A DNA stretch of 64,000 nucleotides from the human T2T-CHM13v2.0 reference genome, Homo sapiens (GCF_009914755.1 NC_060934.1); one strand, 5' to 3'. Shown: positions 46,024 to 62,610, numbered from the stretch's first letter. A program made the numbers and translations. The notes: generated by a model not told the origin, from the letters alone.

Positions 46024-46997
46024 ATTATCTTCTGTATTCCTCTATATCCTCTTCCTTTCTTTGCAATTTGTCTTTTTAAATTCTATAATGTAAAGCTTGG
46101 CAGTGAACCTCAAGTGTTGAACATTTAAGAAAGAATCTAAAAATACATGAGCCCATCATATTTTATGCATTTTAAATTATGTGAATTTTAAAAGTGTGAT
46201 TTAAATGTTAGTAAATATTAGCAGAATCTCATTTGATGTGTGAAATTTAAGAAAAGTAAAATATACCAAACTTAAAAATAATCTAAATTGTGTAATCTCA
46301 AAGCTGGCTGGCAAAGCAAATAGTAAGGTGTTTATGCTCTTGACACTTGGAGCCTTTGCCTCAGCGGACAGCAGAAATACCCAACGTCCTTGGTTAGTAC
46401 AACATGAATTATAAAAATTTTTATGCATTAGACTCTCTGGTTGTAGGTTTTAATGACCTGTTGTGCTATCCTCTTAACCTTCATGGTTATTCTACTTTAA
46501 ATCATGAAGTAGTAGCCAATGTTAAAAATGTACCTGAAAATCAATGCCATTGAAATGGAAAGGTAATAATAATAATAAAGAAATGCAGGAGGATGAAAAG
46601 AAAGAAAGAACAACAACAAAAAAAGATCAGCTAATACTTAGGAGCACCAGGCATTGTTCTAAGCATTTGGATGGTACTGACTTCTGAGTTTGGTAGGAAG
46701 GTACTGTAATCACTCACTCCCAGTTTATAAATTCAGAAATGTGATACTCTGGGTGGAAGGCCACACATCTCTGTATTATACGATGTCATGCTGTTCATTT
46801 AGGAATGAACACTCCGCGAACTATTAGAGATATTGCTGAGACAATTAAAAGGAAAATGCCAGCAATTTTTTCACTCTGCCCCATTCTAGAATTAATCCTA
46901 TTGGATAATTAAGAAGCATGTGTTCTGACAACATAATTGTTCAGGCACACATCCCTGGCATACAAGCAGCTGCCTCAAACTTTATACACAAACAAGG

Positions 46998-47035
46998 ATC
47001 GCTTCTCGGCCTTTTGGCTGAGATCAAGTGTAGTA
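46998..47035 (+). pseudogene. RNU2: U2 snRNA 3'-truncated (tailless) retropseudogene, U2 nt 1-38
   Basis: atcgcttctcggccttttggctGagatcaagtgtagta is the U2 5' end with 1 mismatch. TSD a(t/c)acacaaaca(a/g)gg at 46984-46997 and 47035-47048. Specific pseudogene number unknown. Confidence 0.95.
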
Positions 47036-47347
47036 CACACAAACAGGGAGACACACCCTTGTCATTTCCTCATATTTTGAATCAAGGCCCTAATTTTGTT
47101 TCTGGTTTCTCTTCCTTTCATGCTGTCCTGTAAACAGCCTGTTGCATTCTCGCTTATGGAGTGGGGTTTTATTTTATTTTTTCTTTTTGGAACCCCTGAT
47201 GGATTTAGAAATTCAATAATAAGAATGGACATTGAGGAAGAGAAAAACAGGGATGGGCTGGAGAGAGGGATATGATTGACTGATTCATTAATGATTATCT
47301 TCATTCATCATCAAACTGTTATCAAGAATATTGTGTACCAAGCATTA

Positions 47348-48477
<1,130 letters not shown>

Positions 48478-49104
48478 CTATGCTGGAGACAGTCCTGCCC
48501 TTAGCCTTGAGAGACAGGTACCCCCATCCTAGGTCCTGTACTTCAGAGGGTGTCACTGTGGCAAGAGGCCTGTGGAGCCAAAGAGACCTGATAACTTAGA
48601 GTCCCTTATGACCCAGGGGCTTGGCGCCCTAGAATGCCCTGCAGGATGACCTGGGGCCCACTGCCTAGGTCTGTGCAGACCTCCTCTACTGGCAGTTCTC
48701 TTGAGGATGGAAATGCATGGTAGATGTGAGCATCTCCAGGCTCGAATTGGGCCAAGGGGTGGCTGTTCACAGGGAGGTGCAGTTCAGCTCTAACATCAGC
48801 CAGGGGTGTCCCCAGGCTGTCCACAAGACTGTTCATGGAGGGAAACCAGAGGTGGAAGAAAAAGGTGCAGTCTGGGGCCCAGGGCCTGCTCTTGTTTGGC
48901 TGCTATTTCCCATGTGGGACTCTGAGGGGTCCAAGAAGTCTAAAGTCATCCCTGATCTCTAAGTTCTTTAAGAAGTTATATTTGTTAAGATAGAAAGCTT
49001 TAACATTTTTTAACAATGTATAAGCTTGCTTTATAAGTTTTGATCATCATACATGGCTATTTGGGCCTCCATTTCTATTCTTGCCTATACCCCATGAATG
49101 GAAA

Positions 49105-49750
49105 GGGTGAGCTTCATGGAGAAGATGAAGCTGATGAGGTTGGTTGGGTCAAATGATGAAGATCTTGGTGCATGATGCCAAGTAGCTATGGGGAGTTAAC
49201 AGACATGTTTAAGGATAAGGTGTGTGTGATCAGATGCATTTTTATAAAGACAGCCTCAGGCAGTGAGTCCATTAAAAGCTGCTGCCCTTAGCTCACAGAT
49301 GACCAGGAAGTGGCACCTAACCCTGTGGAAGAGACAGTGAGAGTGGAAGGGAGATGAGGAGATTCAGATTTGAGAGACATTTATGAGTAGTATCAATGGG
49401 GTTTCTTGATTGATTAATAGGTTGGCTAACATGCAGAATGATGGAATGAGAAATGGGAAGTCAGAACAGCAGGACCCATAGGAGGAACGGAGATGGGCAT
49501 ATTTTGTTGTCTGGGAAACTAAGGATGGCAATACTATTGATTGACATTAGAAGGGAGGTTTTTGGGGAGAGACAATGCATTCAGTTTCAGGTACCCTAAG
49601 TTGGAGGTGTCTCTTAAGACACCCAGGTGCCAGTGTGCACCCGGCACTGAGAAATGAGGTCAGGGCTGTGCCTGGACCTTTGTCACTCCTCCGTCCCCAA
49701 GTCACACACGTCTGTTGTAGCATGTGAGAGTGGATTAAAATCTCATACAA
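49105..49750 (-). mobile_element. Degenerate L2 fragments
   Basis: gtgatcagatgcatttttataaagac; cagatttgagagacattt; ttggaggtgtctcttaagacaccca. Confidence 0.55.
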
Positions 49751-50800
49751 AATTAATGGCCAACGTTAATTATCCCTTTGTCTAAATTGACTAAATAGTT
49801 GAGTTAATTCAAGATATGAAACTTCACTTATGATGGACTATACCTTTTAGGTCATACTAGTATTTCACATAACATGAGGCTTCTGGGTAATTAAATTCAT
49901 TGTCCGGAGTATTGCATTAAAATGGGACAAATCTGGATTTTCTTCCTTTGATGTAACTGATTTGTACTGCAAGACATTTCCATCACAGACTTTTTTTCCC
50001 ACTGGTCAGTGCCTTTTTTCTATTTTATACATTCTTAATTTAAGCCATTTTATGTGTAGCTGTGTTAACTTCTATAACTTCTATAACCATAAAACATAAT
50101 TATCCCATAAACGTATCAGATAATGTTATGAAAGTTACATTGAATTAAAATGACTTTCACAGAGTCACATAAAGAACTCTAATAATTTCTTTTAAAATTA
50201 TAGGGCAGGTCATGTTCAGAAAAATAATCAAACATTAAGTAGAGGAATTACATTGGATCAGTGCCCAGATTCTTAAGAGATACCATTGAAGATGATCACC
50301 TGGTTTCCTCTGAACTTGAATGTTTCCTTGTTATAGTGGCCCCTGACAGTAAACCAAAGGATGAGTCTGATCCCTCAAGATTCTTCCCCAAAGGACACTG
50401 GTAACAGTGTAGTTTATAACTTAATTCCTTTTAAAGTAATTTAGTCAATGTTAAATAAATGAACTTTGGAGAGCTATTGGAAATATATATATATATATAT
50501 TTACAATTTTTCATCTATGATGAAGATAATGATATCCCTATGCCTAATTCATTATTGCTTTATTCACCCATTTATCTCATATATTTATTCATAATATTCT
50601 CCTATGTCAAGCTGTGCTTTCAGGTGACAGTTGTATATACCATAAGGAGCATATTTGGCTATAGATATTATCTAAGGCTATAATCTCAATAAAATAATAT
50701 AAATATTAATGAAATCTAAAATTAATAAATTCTATTATTTTTAAATGTATAGATAAAATTACTAGAAAAAATACATTGGAATTACTACTATGTGTACTGA

Positions 50801-51123
<323 letters not shown>

Positions 51124-51200
51124 TGACTGTGGGTACTTTTTCTTTCTTTAAGCATAGCCTGTGTTTTCCAAAATTTCTCTCATGAGCATATCATTCTTAT

Positions 51201-51802
51201 TGTCAGGTCAGCCTGAAATAATCAAAAGGATTAGAATGTAGTTTTAAGAGATTATTTCAGTGAAAAGCTGGGAATAGCCATCTGGGAAACATGAACTCCA
51301 GAGAAATGAGGTCAGTGCTCTGAAGTTAAAGTTAAAATCTTGCTTATATAGGATAGAAAACAAAGAAACTTAGTAGGATTACAGCGTTTTCTATACAAGC
51401 CTGGTTTATGTGTTACAACAATTTAATTAGTTACCATTGGTTTTCTTTTCTATACAGCTTTTCTTTTCCTTTCCAGTTTAAAAGAGTATATTTAACATTC
51501 CATCTTAGACAATGCAAAAGTCATGAAGTGTTTGTGTGTTAGAGTTAAGAGGGAAGTTAATCTGTAATGAAGATCAGCAGTTAAGAGGGAAGGGGTCTTG
51601 CCTGGAACCCGTTAGTCATTCACAACATTTTACAAGACAGTGTAAGAAAGGGAAAAGGCTAATCCATAATCAAAGAAACAAAGGTTAGAGCTGCTTAGGT
51701 TACAGGTCTCTGCTTATGTGACTTAGGACCCATAATCACATTCCCTTACAGCTGAATTATTTTAAAGGTCCAACAGCTTAGAGTTTGAATTACTTATTTT
51801 CA
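51201..51802 (-). mobile_element. ERV1 solo LTR (LTR24/LTR36-like)
   Basis: TG...CA ends; minus begins tgaaaataagtaattcaaactctaagctgttgg...gaatgtgattatggg. Confidence 0.7.
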
Positions 51803-52074
51803 TATTACATTTAGAAAAAGCCAATCTGTCATTAAAAAAAAATAAAGATGCATGAAGGTTGAGGAAGAGTGGTGGTAAGGTCACAAGGAGTCATATGTAG
51901 GCTCATGTGTTCACACTCACATATTCACTATAAGGAAAGAATAAAGCCAAGAAAGAAAAAGAAAAACTCAATTTCTTGTCATCCTTGTAGGGGTGGAAAG
52001 GAAGTCAAGTCACGGAAAATGCTTTCTGTTTACCTCTTTAAGAAGTCACTGACTACCAGTCTTAACTACGGAAA

Positions 52075-52379
52075 TTTTTTCTTTTTTTCTTTTTCTTTTT
52101 TGAGATAGAGTCTCACTCTGTCACCCAGGCTGGAGTGCAGTGGTGTGATCTCGGCTCACTGTAACCACCGCCTCCGGGTTCAAGTGATTCTCCTGACTCA
52201 GCCACCTGAGTAGCTGGGATTATGGGTGTGCACCACCATGTTTGGCTAATTTTTGTATTTTTAGTAGAGACAAGTTTCACCATGTTGGTCAGGCTGGTCT
52301 TGAACTCCTGACCTCGTGATTCCCCCCCCTTCGGCCTCCCAAAGTGTTGGGATTACAGGTGTGAGCCACCATGCTCGGC
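52075..52379 (-). mobile_element. AluS
   Basis: Full dimer; degenerate TSD aact(a/g)c(g/a)ga(a/t)attttt. Confidence 0.92.
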
Positions 52380-52619
52380 AAACTGCAGATATTTTTGTGG
52401 CAGGTAGACGCACCAGTTGCTGGATAAAAACCGTTTTTATTTCATAATTTGAACAGTTACCATTACCATTTCTTTTTAGTATCATTAAAGATTTAAGCAC
52501 ATAGAAAAACATAGAGAAAAATGTAATAGACATATGCCCATGATCCAGCTTTGTCAAAATTTTGCATTTTTGCTAAATTTGCTTCAGATATTGCATTGTT
52601 GTCAAGTTAAACATTACAG

Positions 52620-53029
52620 CTTTATGGTGGATAAGGGGAAAGACATCAGGTAGCCCCTGATTGGAGGCCATTGTTGTGGGGAATCTGGAGGCAGGGTAAC
52701 TAGAAGTGGGACATCTTATGTGCTTGGTTAGGGGTACATATTTGGCTTTCTCTGGTGATAAGTTGTAAGCAGGGACAAAAATTAAAGAAGCTGTTAGTAA
52801 TCAAGTCCTGGCTATTTGGGGCCAATTGCTATAGAGGTCATTGTTTAGCTTTGTGGATTGTCACTAGAGATAGCAATGTGTCTTCCTGCAAGTCTGACAT
52901 AAAGTAGGCTGGCTTCTGGATTGTTCATTGGCAATAAAGGGATTGGTTTCCTGGGCAGGTTGCTGCAGGTCATGAGTCAATGTAACATTTTTATATATGG
53001 TCTGGCCACAGTCTGTAGATTCAGTCTCC
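52620..53029 (-). mobile_element. ERV1 LTR fragment (MER90/MER110-like)
   Basis: Minus strand: gagactgaat...tggccagaccatatataaaaat...ctgcagcaacctgcccaggaaaccaatccc. Confidence 0.65.
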
Positions 53030-53911
53030 CCTATATGTGAGGCTCAAATTCATTCATTTAGCTGTTGAATGGTATTTCATTATATGACTATACAACTATT
53101 TATTTATTCATTCTCCAGTTGATAAGCTTGGATCTCAGCTTTTTAACATTCTGAACAATGCTGCCATTAATATTCATGTCTACTTGTAGAAGACATTTTC
53201 ATTCAATGTTTTTATAAGATAACTTTCCTGCTATGTGGCTGCTTTCTGGTTTTGGACCAGAAAGATATGATGAGTATCTATAACTCTTGTCTTTTCCCTT
53301 GGTCAGAGCTGATGTACTGTAACTATAATAGTGGATCGCTAGAATTAGTAAACAGTACCCAGGACTCCTAGAGCTTACAGAGGCAGGTCAGAAAATCACA
53401 TTTGCCTGGTTTTTAAATTCTTATGACAAAATGTCATTATTTCTCTTCCTTTTACAAAAATCCAAGCTCCTCCTTTTCTTTCTTCATCGTCTCCCTTTGT
53501 CTGGAGTTAGTCAGGATGGCAACTTCACCACTCCAGCAGAATAGAAACCTCTTTAAGCTAGCTATTATAAATAGCCTCCAGAGTTGCTTATTCAGACATT
53601 ATCACATAAAGCTCACTCAGTGTGAATGTTTTCGGTCAAGGCCAGGTGACTAATAGATACTTAACTGGAAGTTAAATTGACCACAAATTCTACGATGAAC
53701 CCTTGGTATTGAGTAATTGTCAGCACTGTTATTTTACGTTTACCCTGTCCTTTAAATGCTCTACTGTGTATTGAATATTAATATTGTAATACATCCTTTT
53801 ATACATGCATGCTTTCTAGGATTTTCAATAGCTTTTTCTTTCACTCCAGATATTCACTTAATGTACATTGATGTGAATAGTAACTATTTATTTCAAAGAA
53901 ATGGTAAAACA

Positions 53912-54233
53912 CACACACAATAACATTTCAGTCAACAATGAACTGGGTATATGACAGTGTTCCCATGAGATTATAACGCTGTATTTTTACCGTATCTTTT
54001 CTATGTTTAGATACACAAATATTCACCATTGTGTTACAATTGCCTACAATATTTAGTACGGTAATAGGCAGTACAGGTTTGTAGTCTAGGAGCAATAGGC
54101 CATGCAATATAGCCTAGGTGTGTAGTAGGCTACACCATCTAGAATTGTGTAAATGCACCCTATGATGTTCATAGGACAAAGTCACTTAATGATGCATTTC
54201 TCACACTGTAGCCCCGGCATTAAGGAACACATA
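53912..54233 (+). mobile_element. Tigger3a / MER7A
   Basis: gtcaac...cccatgagattataa...ttttctatgtttagatacacaaata...tagcctaggtgtgtagtaggct. Confidence 0.88.
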
Positions 54234-54786
54234 ATAGGAAAAATATGAAGTTGTGATCCTCACTTACGTAACCAAGTTTTTGTTTTGTTTTTATTGTACA
54301 TATTTAAGGTAGACAACATGATGTTTTGATATACTTGTACATAGTGAAATGGTGAGTACAGTTGCACAAGTTAACACATCCATTGTCTCTCATAGTTATA
54401 CTTTTTTGTGTGTGTTAAGGCACCTAAAATCTACTCTCTTAGCAAATTTCCAGTATGCATGACAATATTATTAACTACAGGCTTCATACTGTACATGACA
54501 GATCTTTAGACTTATTTATCCTATATAACTGAAACTTTGTACTCTTTGACCCACATATCCCATTTCCTGTTTAGTCACCTTTTGTTTGTTTTGTTTTGCT
54601 TTGCTTTTAGATTTTGTATATAAGTGAGATCACTTCTCCCTGTGTCTGACTTATTTCATTTAGGCTGATAACCTCCACTTGTACGTTGTTGCAAATGGCA
54701 TGTTGCAACATACATGTTGCTGTTGCAAAAGGCAAGATCTTCTTTCTTAAAGTTGCAAATAGCAAGATCTTCTTTCTTAAGGTTAA

Positions 54787-55120
<334 letters not shown>

Positions 55121-56576
55121 CACCGGATTTTCTTAACCACTTATTTATAGACAGCCACTTAGGTTGTTTCCATATCTTGGCCGTTGTTGAGTAATGTTGC
55201 AATGAACATGGGAGTGCAGATATCTTTATGAGGTGCTGATTTCATTTCCTTTGGGTATATACTCCAGAAAAGGGATTATTGGGTCATGTAGTAGTTCTGT
55301 TTTTAACTTTTTGAGGAACCTCTAAACTGTTTTCCATAATAGCTACACTAATTTATTCTTACTCCTACCAACAATGTACAAGGTTTCCCTTTTCTCCACA
55401 CCCTTGCCAACATTTGTTATCTCTTGTTTTTTTGATAATAGCCATACTAATAAGTGTGGGGTGATATCTCATTGTGGTTTTGATTTGCATTTCTCTGATA
55501 ATTAGTGATGTTGAGCACTTTTTCACATCTCTGTTGGCCATTTTTATGTCTTCTTTGGGAAAATATCTATCCAGGTCCTTTGCATGTTTTAAGATTGTGA
55601 GTTCCTTATGTATTTTGGACATTAACCCCTTATATAGATATATGGTTCTAAAATATTTTCTATCCATCTGTAGGCAACGTTTTGAATTTGTTGATTGTCC
55701 CCTTTGCTGTGCAGAAGTTTTTTAGTTTGAAGTAGTCAACTTGTTTGCTTTTGCTTTTGTTGCCATATCCAAAACAATAATTACTGAGGCCAACGTTAAG
55801 GAGCTTTTCCCCTGTGTTTTCTTCTGAGAGTTCTGTGGCTTCAGATTGTACAATAGTTCTTTGATTCATTTTGAGTTGCTTTTTGTGTAGAGTGTAAGAT
55901 GAGATCCAATGTCATTCTTTCGTATATAGATATTTAGTTTTCCCAGCACCATTTATTGAAGAGAACTGTCTCTTCCCCTTTTGTCTTCTTGATGCTCTTG
56001 TCAAAAATTTGTTGACTATATATGCACGGGTTTATTTCTAGGCTCTGTATTCTGTTCCATTGGTCTATGTGTCTGTTTTTATGCCAGTACCACATTGTTT
56101 CAATCGCTATAGCTTTATGATAATTTTAAATCAAGAAGTGCAATACCCCAAACTTTGTTTTCGTTTTTCAAGATCGCTGTTTGGGGTTTTTGTAGTTCTA
56201 TATGAATTAAAAAAAAAATTTTTTTTTCTATTTTCATGAAGAATGCCATTGGCATTTTGACAGTGATTGCATTGTGTCTGTATATTGCTAAGGGTAGTAT
56301 ATACATTGTAATAATATTCTTTCAACAATTCATGAATATGAAATATCTTTCCATTTATGTGTATCTTCATTTTCTTTCATTAGTCATTTAATAGTTTTCA
56401 GTGTATAGATCTTTTATCTCCTCAGTTAAATTTATTCCTAAGTATTTTATTGATTTTGATGCTATTACAAATGGGATAGTTTTCTGTATTTCTTTTTCAG
56501 GTGGGTTGTTACTGGTGTAAAAAAATACAACTAATTTTTGTATGTTGATTTTGCATGGTGCAACTTTATTAAGTTA

Positions 56577-56901
<325 letters not shown>

Positions 56902-57229
56902 TAGGATTATGTCATATGCAAATAAAAATAGTTTTACTTTTTCCTTCCCAATTTGGATGCCTTTAATTACTCGTTATTATCTGATTGCTCTTGCCAGTAC
57001 TTCTACTATTATGTTGAATACAAGTATTAAGAATGGGTATCCATGCCTTGTACTGGATTTTAGAGGAAAAGATTACAGTTTTCCCCCATTAATTATTATG
57101 TTAGCTGGAGGCCTTTCATAAATGGACTTTGTTATGTTGAAGTTCTTTTCTATACCTAAATTGTTTTGAGTTTTTAATCAAGAAAGAATGTGGAATTTTG
57201 TCAAATGCTTTTTCTCCATCTGTTTAGAT

Positions 57230-57452
57230 CAGGGTTTTCCAATCTTTTGGCTTCCCTGGGCCACACTGGAAGAAGGAGAATTGCCTTGGGCCACACATAA
57301 AATACATTAAGACTAAGGATAGCTGATGAGCTTTAAAAAAATTGCAAAAAAATCTCATACTGTTTTAAGAAAGTTTACAACTTTGCGTTGGGCCACATTT
57401 AAAGCTATCCTGGCCTGCATGTGGCCCATGGGACACAGGTTGGACAACCTTG
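57230..57452 (+). mobile_element. MER30 (hAT-Charlie MITE)
   Basis: TIRs caggg...ccaa / ttgg...ccttg; 8-bp TSD (g/a)tttagat at 57222-57229 and 57453-57460. Confidence 0.92.
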
Positions 57453-59024
57453 ATTTAGATGATTATGCTTTTTATTTCTCATCCTGTTAATGTCATATAT
57501 TACATTGATTTATTTGTCTATTTAAACCAACCTTGCATCCTAGGGATGAATGCTGCTGACTCATGGTGTATAATATTTTCAATGTGTAGTTGATTTCAAT
57601 TTGCTGGTATCTAATTGAGGATTTTTGCATCAATATTTATAAGAGATATTGACTTATAGTTTTCTTTTTGTTTTAGGTGTTTTTATCTAGTTTTGTTATC
57701 AGACAATGCTGGCCTCATAAAATAAGTGTGGAAGTATTCCATCTTTTGTTTTTTGAAGTGATTTAGATGGATTGGTATTAATTTTTCTTTGAGTGTTTGG
57801 TAGAATTCATCCATGAAGCTCTCTGGTCATGGTTTTGTGGCTGTTTTTGTTGGGAGGTTTTTAATTACTTTAATCCTTTCTGTGCTATTGATTTGTTCGG
57901 GCTTTTTGTTTCTTCCTGATTCAATCCTAGTAGGTTGTGTGTTCCTAAGAATTTATCTATTTCCTCTAAGTTATCCATTTTCTTGACAGGTGATTGTTTA
58001 TAATAGTTCCTTAGGATTCTTCTTATTTTTAAAGCATCCATTGTAATGTCTCTCCCCTTCATTTGTGATTTTATTTATTTGAATCTTTCTTTTTTCTTAG
58101 GCTAAGGTTTTGTCGATTTTATTTATTTATTAAAAAAAAACTTTTGTTGGTTTTTTTCTGCATTTTTTATACTCTAATGAAGTATTGAAGTCTCCTGCTA
58201 TTATTGTATTGCTGTCTATTTCTCCCTTCAGTTCTGATAATATTTAGGTGCTCTGGGGTTGGATTCATGTATGTTTACAATTGTTAAATACTTTCTTAAT
58301 GAATTGACCCCTTTATCATTTAATAGTGAACTTCTTTGTTTCTTGTGACAATTTTTGACTTAAAATATATTTTGTCTATTATAAATATAGCCACCAGTAT
58401 TCTCTTTGCATGGAATATTTTTTGTTAGGAATTTTTTTTAATACCTTCACTTTCAACTTGTGTGTCCTTAAAGCTAAAGTGTGTCTCTTATAGTCAGCAT
58501 ATAGTTGGATCATGTTTATATATCTACTCAGTCACTCTGTGTCTTTTGACTGGAGAATCTAATCCATTTCTACTCAAGGTAATTGCTGATAAGTAAAGAC
58601 TTAGTGCTGCTATTTTGTTAATTGTTTTCTGTGGGGTTTTTTTTGTTTGTTTGTTTTTAGATCCTTTGTTCTTTATTTCCTTTCTTGCTGTCTTCCTTTG
58701 TGACTGGATGATTTTCTATAGTAGAATGCTTTGATTTCTTTGTTTTTATCTTTTGTGCATTTAGTATATGTTTTGCTTTGTAGTTACCATGAGGTTACAT
58801 AGCTAGTCTTATAGTTATAACTGTCTATTTCAAGTTGATAATGTCTTAATTTTGATAACATATAAAAACTCTACACTTTTATTCTACCCTCACATTTTAA
58901 TTTTACAATGTCACAATTTTCATTTTTAAATCTTGTATATTCCTTTATAAATGAATGTAGCTGTAGTTACTTTTTGTCTGTGACCACTTTTAAAACCCAG
59001 TTTCTTAACTCACAGACCTTTTCC

Positions 59025-59645
59025 CCTATGTGAATCCCACTGCCTCCATCATTTCTTGCCTGAACTATTGTTTTGAAAAAAAACCAACGCTTTTGAACAA
59101 TTTTGCTATCTCTGGGCTTACTTCCTTTCAAGCTACTCTTCCAACTGCTACCAGAATGATATTTCTAACATGAAAATCTAATTACTTTCCTTCTTAAAAT
59201 CCACTGGGGCTTCTTATCATCTTTAAAATAGAGTAACAACTGGCTAGTGTGATGTGAAAGGCCCTTTGTGACTTGAATGCCACCTCTCCAAGTTCCTCTT
59301 CTGTCACTCTCCAGCATAATCATGTGCCAAGCAGCCCTATCCTCCAGCTACACCCAGAAGTTCCCAGATGCGCCATAGGGCCCCAGACCCTTTGCTTGGA
59401 GTATTCCTTCTTCCTTTATTTATCTGACTAACTCATCCTTTAGGAGTCAACTGCTCTGTGAAGCTGTTCCAGAGCCTGTTCCCTCACCTGCAGAATCAGG
59501 TACCCCCTTACCCCTGTGCCTCAGCATCCACACATTTCTGTTATGGGACTTGACATAGAGTTTTATAATTAGGAACATGCTTGAGTCCCCCATTAGACTT
59601 TGGGCACTTTATGGAGAAGGACTGTCTTGAAGTGTTCATCTATTT
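59025..59645 (+). mobile_element. L2 fragment
   Basis: catcatttcttgcctgaactattg; actgctaccagaatgatatttctaac; ccccattagactttgggcac. Confidence 0.65.
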
Positions 59646-60119
59646 TATTTTTCATCACTTTGAATTTCAATTAAAACCTTGTAAATATGCACATGTATAC
59701 ATGCACACATACATACCTACAAATACCTCACTTTTAACTCCCCTCTGCCACTTGTTTTCTGAACATGGACATGTTATTTAACCATAAGACCTTAGCTTCC
59801 TCATGAAAAGGTTGGGCTTTGGTAGATTTTAGGAGCTTAGAGGAGTCATTAAAAATTGTAACCAAGGATTCATCAAGAGTAAGGTCATTTTTTCTATCCT
59901 TAGCACTCAGAAATATATGTAGTAATTTGTTGAATAAATTAAAGGAAGTAAGGAAGGAAAAGGGGCTGGAGTAAAAGAGTTGAGGAGAAAAGAGTAAAGG
60001 AGAAAGAAAAAAAGGAACATGAAGCCATATGGGGTGAGTGGGATACATAAACAACATCAGAATTCTGTTGGAAATAAAGAAAAAGGAGGAGACCAATGCT
60101 GGGCAGACAAGTAAAGTAT

Positions 60120-60500
60120 TCACACTAAAAATAAATCAGACATAAAAGTTGCCCTCAAAAAACTTCCTCTCTGGTAAAAGAGATTAAAACAAGTATCTAC
60201 ATAAAATTACAAGGCAAGTAGTGAGAATTGTCTGGGGCAATTGGTCTTCTGTAAAAGTCCATGGAATTAACAAATAATTGAGCAACAGAGGTACAGGGGG
60301 AAGTTCTTATGGGACTTCAGAGGAGAAGAAAATTCCATCTAGCTGAAAGAGTCTAGGAAGGGATAAATAAAACTTGACTTAGGCGGTAAGGACAGGGAGG
60401 ATTTGGTTAATATGGATAAGGGGGAGAGTTTGGGGTGATGGGAGGAGGGGAGGAGAACATTCCAGGCAGCATGAGGAAAGGAGAGTGAATGGGACTTGAG
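60120..60500 (-). mobile_element. L2 fragment
   Basis: ttgccctcaaaaa.cttcc; gaacattccaggcagcatgagg. Confidence 0.5.
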
Positions 60501-62052
60501 ATTAAACCAGTTTGGCCAAATCATTCTGTTTTGGTGGCTCACAGTCATGCCTCTATGACAACAAATTCTGACAGTTTAGACATGCATTATTTTATTGTCT
60601 TGACTTTTCCGGCTATTGTGGTAACCACAAATACCATTTCTACCTCTCCCAAAATTTTAAAGTCTATTCAGAAGTAGCCAAAAAAAAAAAAAAATTAGTT
60701 ACAATAGTGACATGTAACTATCCTAACTCCGACTTTGGTACATGCTGCAAAGATGGAGACTTAGGAAGTGAGCTCCTGTAATCATTAAGCATAGGCCATG
60801 GCAGAGTTTTCATAGCCTTGCTTCCTAATGAAGGATTGAAAATTATTTAGCCAGAGTAAAGCAAAGGCTAAAAGAGGAGCTAAACTCAGCAGGCTCAGGG
60901 AACCCAGAGAGCACACAGGAATGATACCACACCTGACCACAGAGAATTACACTTTCTGCTTGTGCTACTCAGAAGTCTGAACTCCTCTAGTGAAAGTGTT
61001 TTCCAATCATCAAAGCTTAACCTTTACCGATCATGACAGCTATCTTTGTGTCCTGCTCACAGGTCTTCTGTAGAGGAGGCTGAATATGACAATGAGAAAT
61101 GGAAATCATGTTTTCTGTTTTATGGACATTTTAAAAAATGTTAAAGTTTTAATAACATATTTTTCTTCTGAGCAACATTTTAAAATTTAAAATCTATCTT
61201 TGAGTCTTTTTTGCATTATAAGGAATTCCACAAGATAGTAAAAATGCGAGTTTAATACATTTTGTAAATATTGTGGAATAAAACAATTTCCTCCTCTTTA
61301 TGAATTAGCTCATATTTCCAAATGTTCACCAATCACATTGATCCTCTGGGGTGATTTAAATATGGAGTGTGATAAATACAAAAATCCTCTTGTTAGAAAA
61401 TAGCATTAGAATATATGAGATTCTAAGAGATTTATGTCATTTGACTTTCAATAATTACTGGTTACCTGCTATGGCTGGTATGAGGCTAGGTATTGGGTAT
61501 ATAACGGTACAGAAGCATTCCTGACAATATCATCAGTGATCCAGGAGCAGGAACCAGGTCCTTATAATTCTACAGGTACAGATATTGGTAAACACAGGGT
61601 TCTTCAGGAGCTTGCCAAATCCAGGCTCTAGGGTCAAGAAGGGATCCTAGAAAATAGACCATTAAGGTAGAGTGCTAAATTGGAAGGAGGGGTTGGAGGT
61701 GATGTTCTGGATAAAAGTTACAGTCTACTCAGAGGCTATGGGATGAAAGGAAGCATGCCACTGGAGGAGTATTGCTGGGAATTGTGAGGAGACAAACAAA
61801 ACAAAAATCCGCCACAATGCTCAAATTTCTAATTCAATGTGTTACATGCATATTTTATGAGAAACAGCCTTTCTTGTCTGATATTTCTTTTCTAAACCAA
61901 TTGGTGAAACAAATAATCGTAAAAATGTTAACCCACTGCAATTCCTTTTGGAGCATATTTTTTTTTTAGGACAGAAATTTGTGAAAATGTTGTTACCTTG
62001 TGTTTAGTGTTTCCTTCATTGGTAAGTCCTCTGTCAAACATAATTAATTATG

Positions 62053-62410
<358 letters not shown>

Positions 62411-62489
62411 TCAATTTGTTGATAGCCCAGTGGGAGAAACATGGAATTTCTGAGTTGGAAAAGCCTAATGGAATTCATAGACCTTTATT

Positions 62490-62610
62490 TGCCAAGGAGT
62501 TCTCAATGGGAGGAAGTAAGTTGCCCAAGGTTACTCAGCCTCTTGGGGCTAATGCTAGAGCTAGAGCTCAAGGTTTTTAATTCCTATCCAGTACCATTCT
62601 CCAGATGCCC
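62490..62610 (-). mobile_element. MIR fragment
   Basis: gaagtaagttgcccaaggttactcagc...gctagagctagagctcaagg. Confidence 0.55.

Noticed and set aside
48500-49095. GC-richer segment with a possible hAT-like terminus (tgggcctccatttctattcttgcc)
   Set aside because: Could not identify a family, TIR pair or TSD with confidence.
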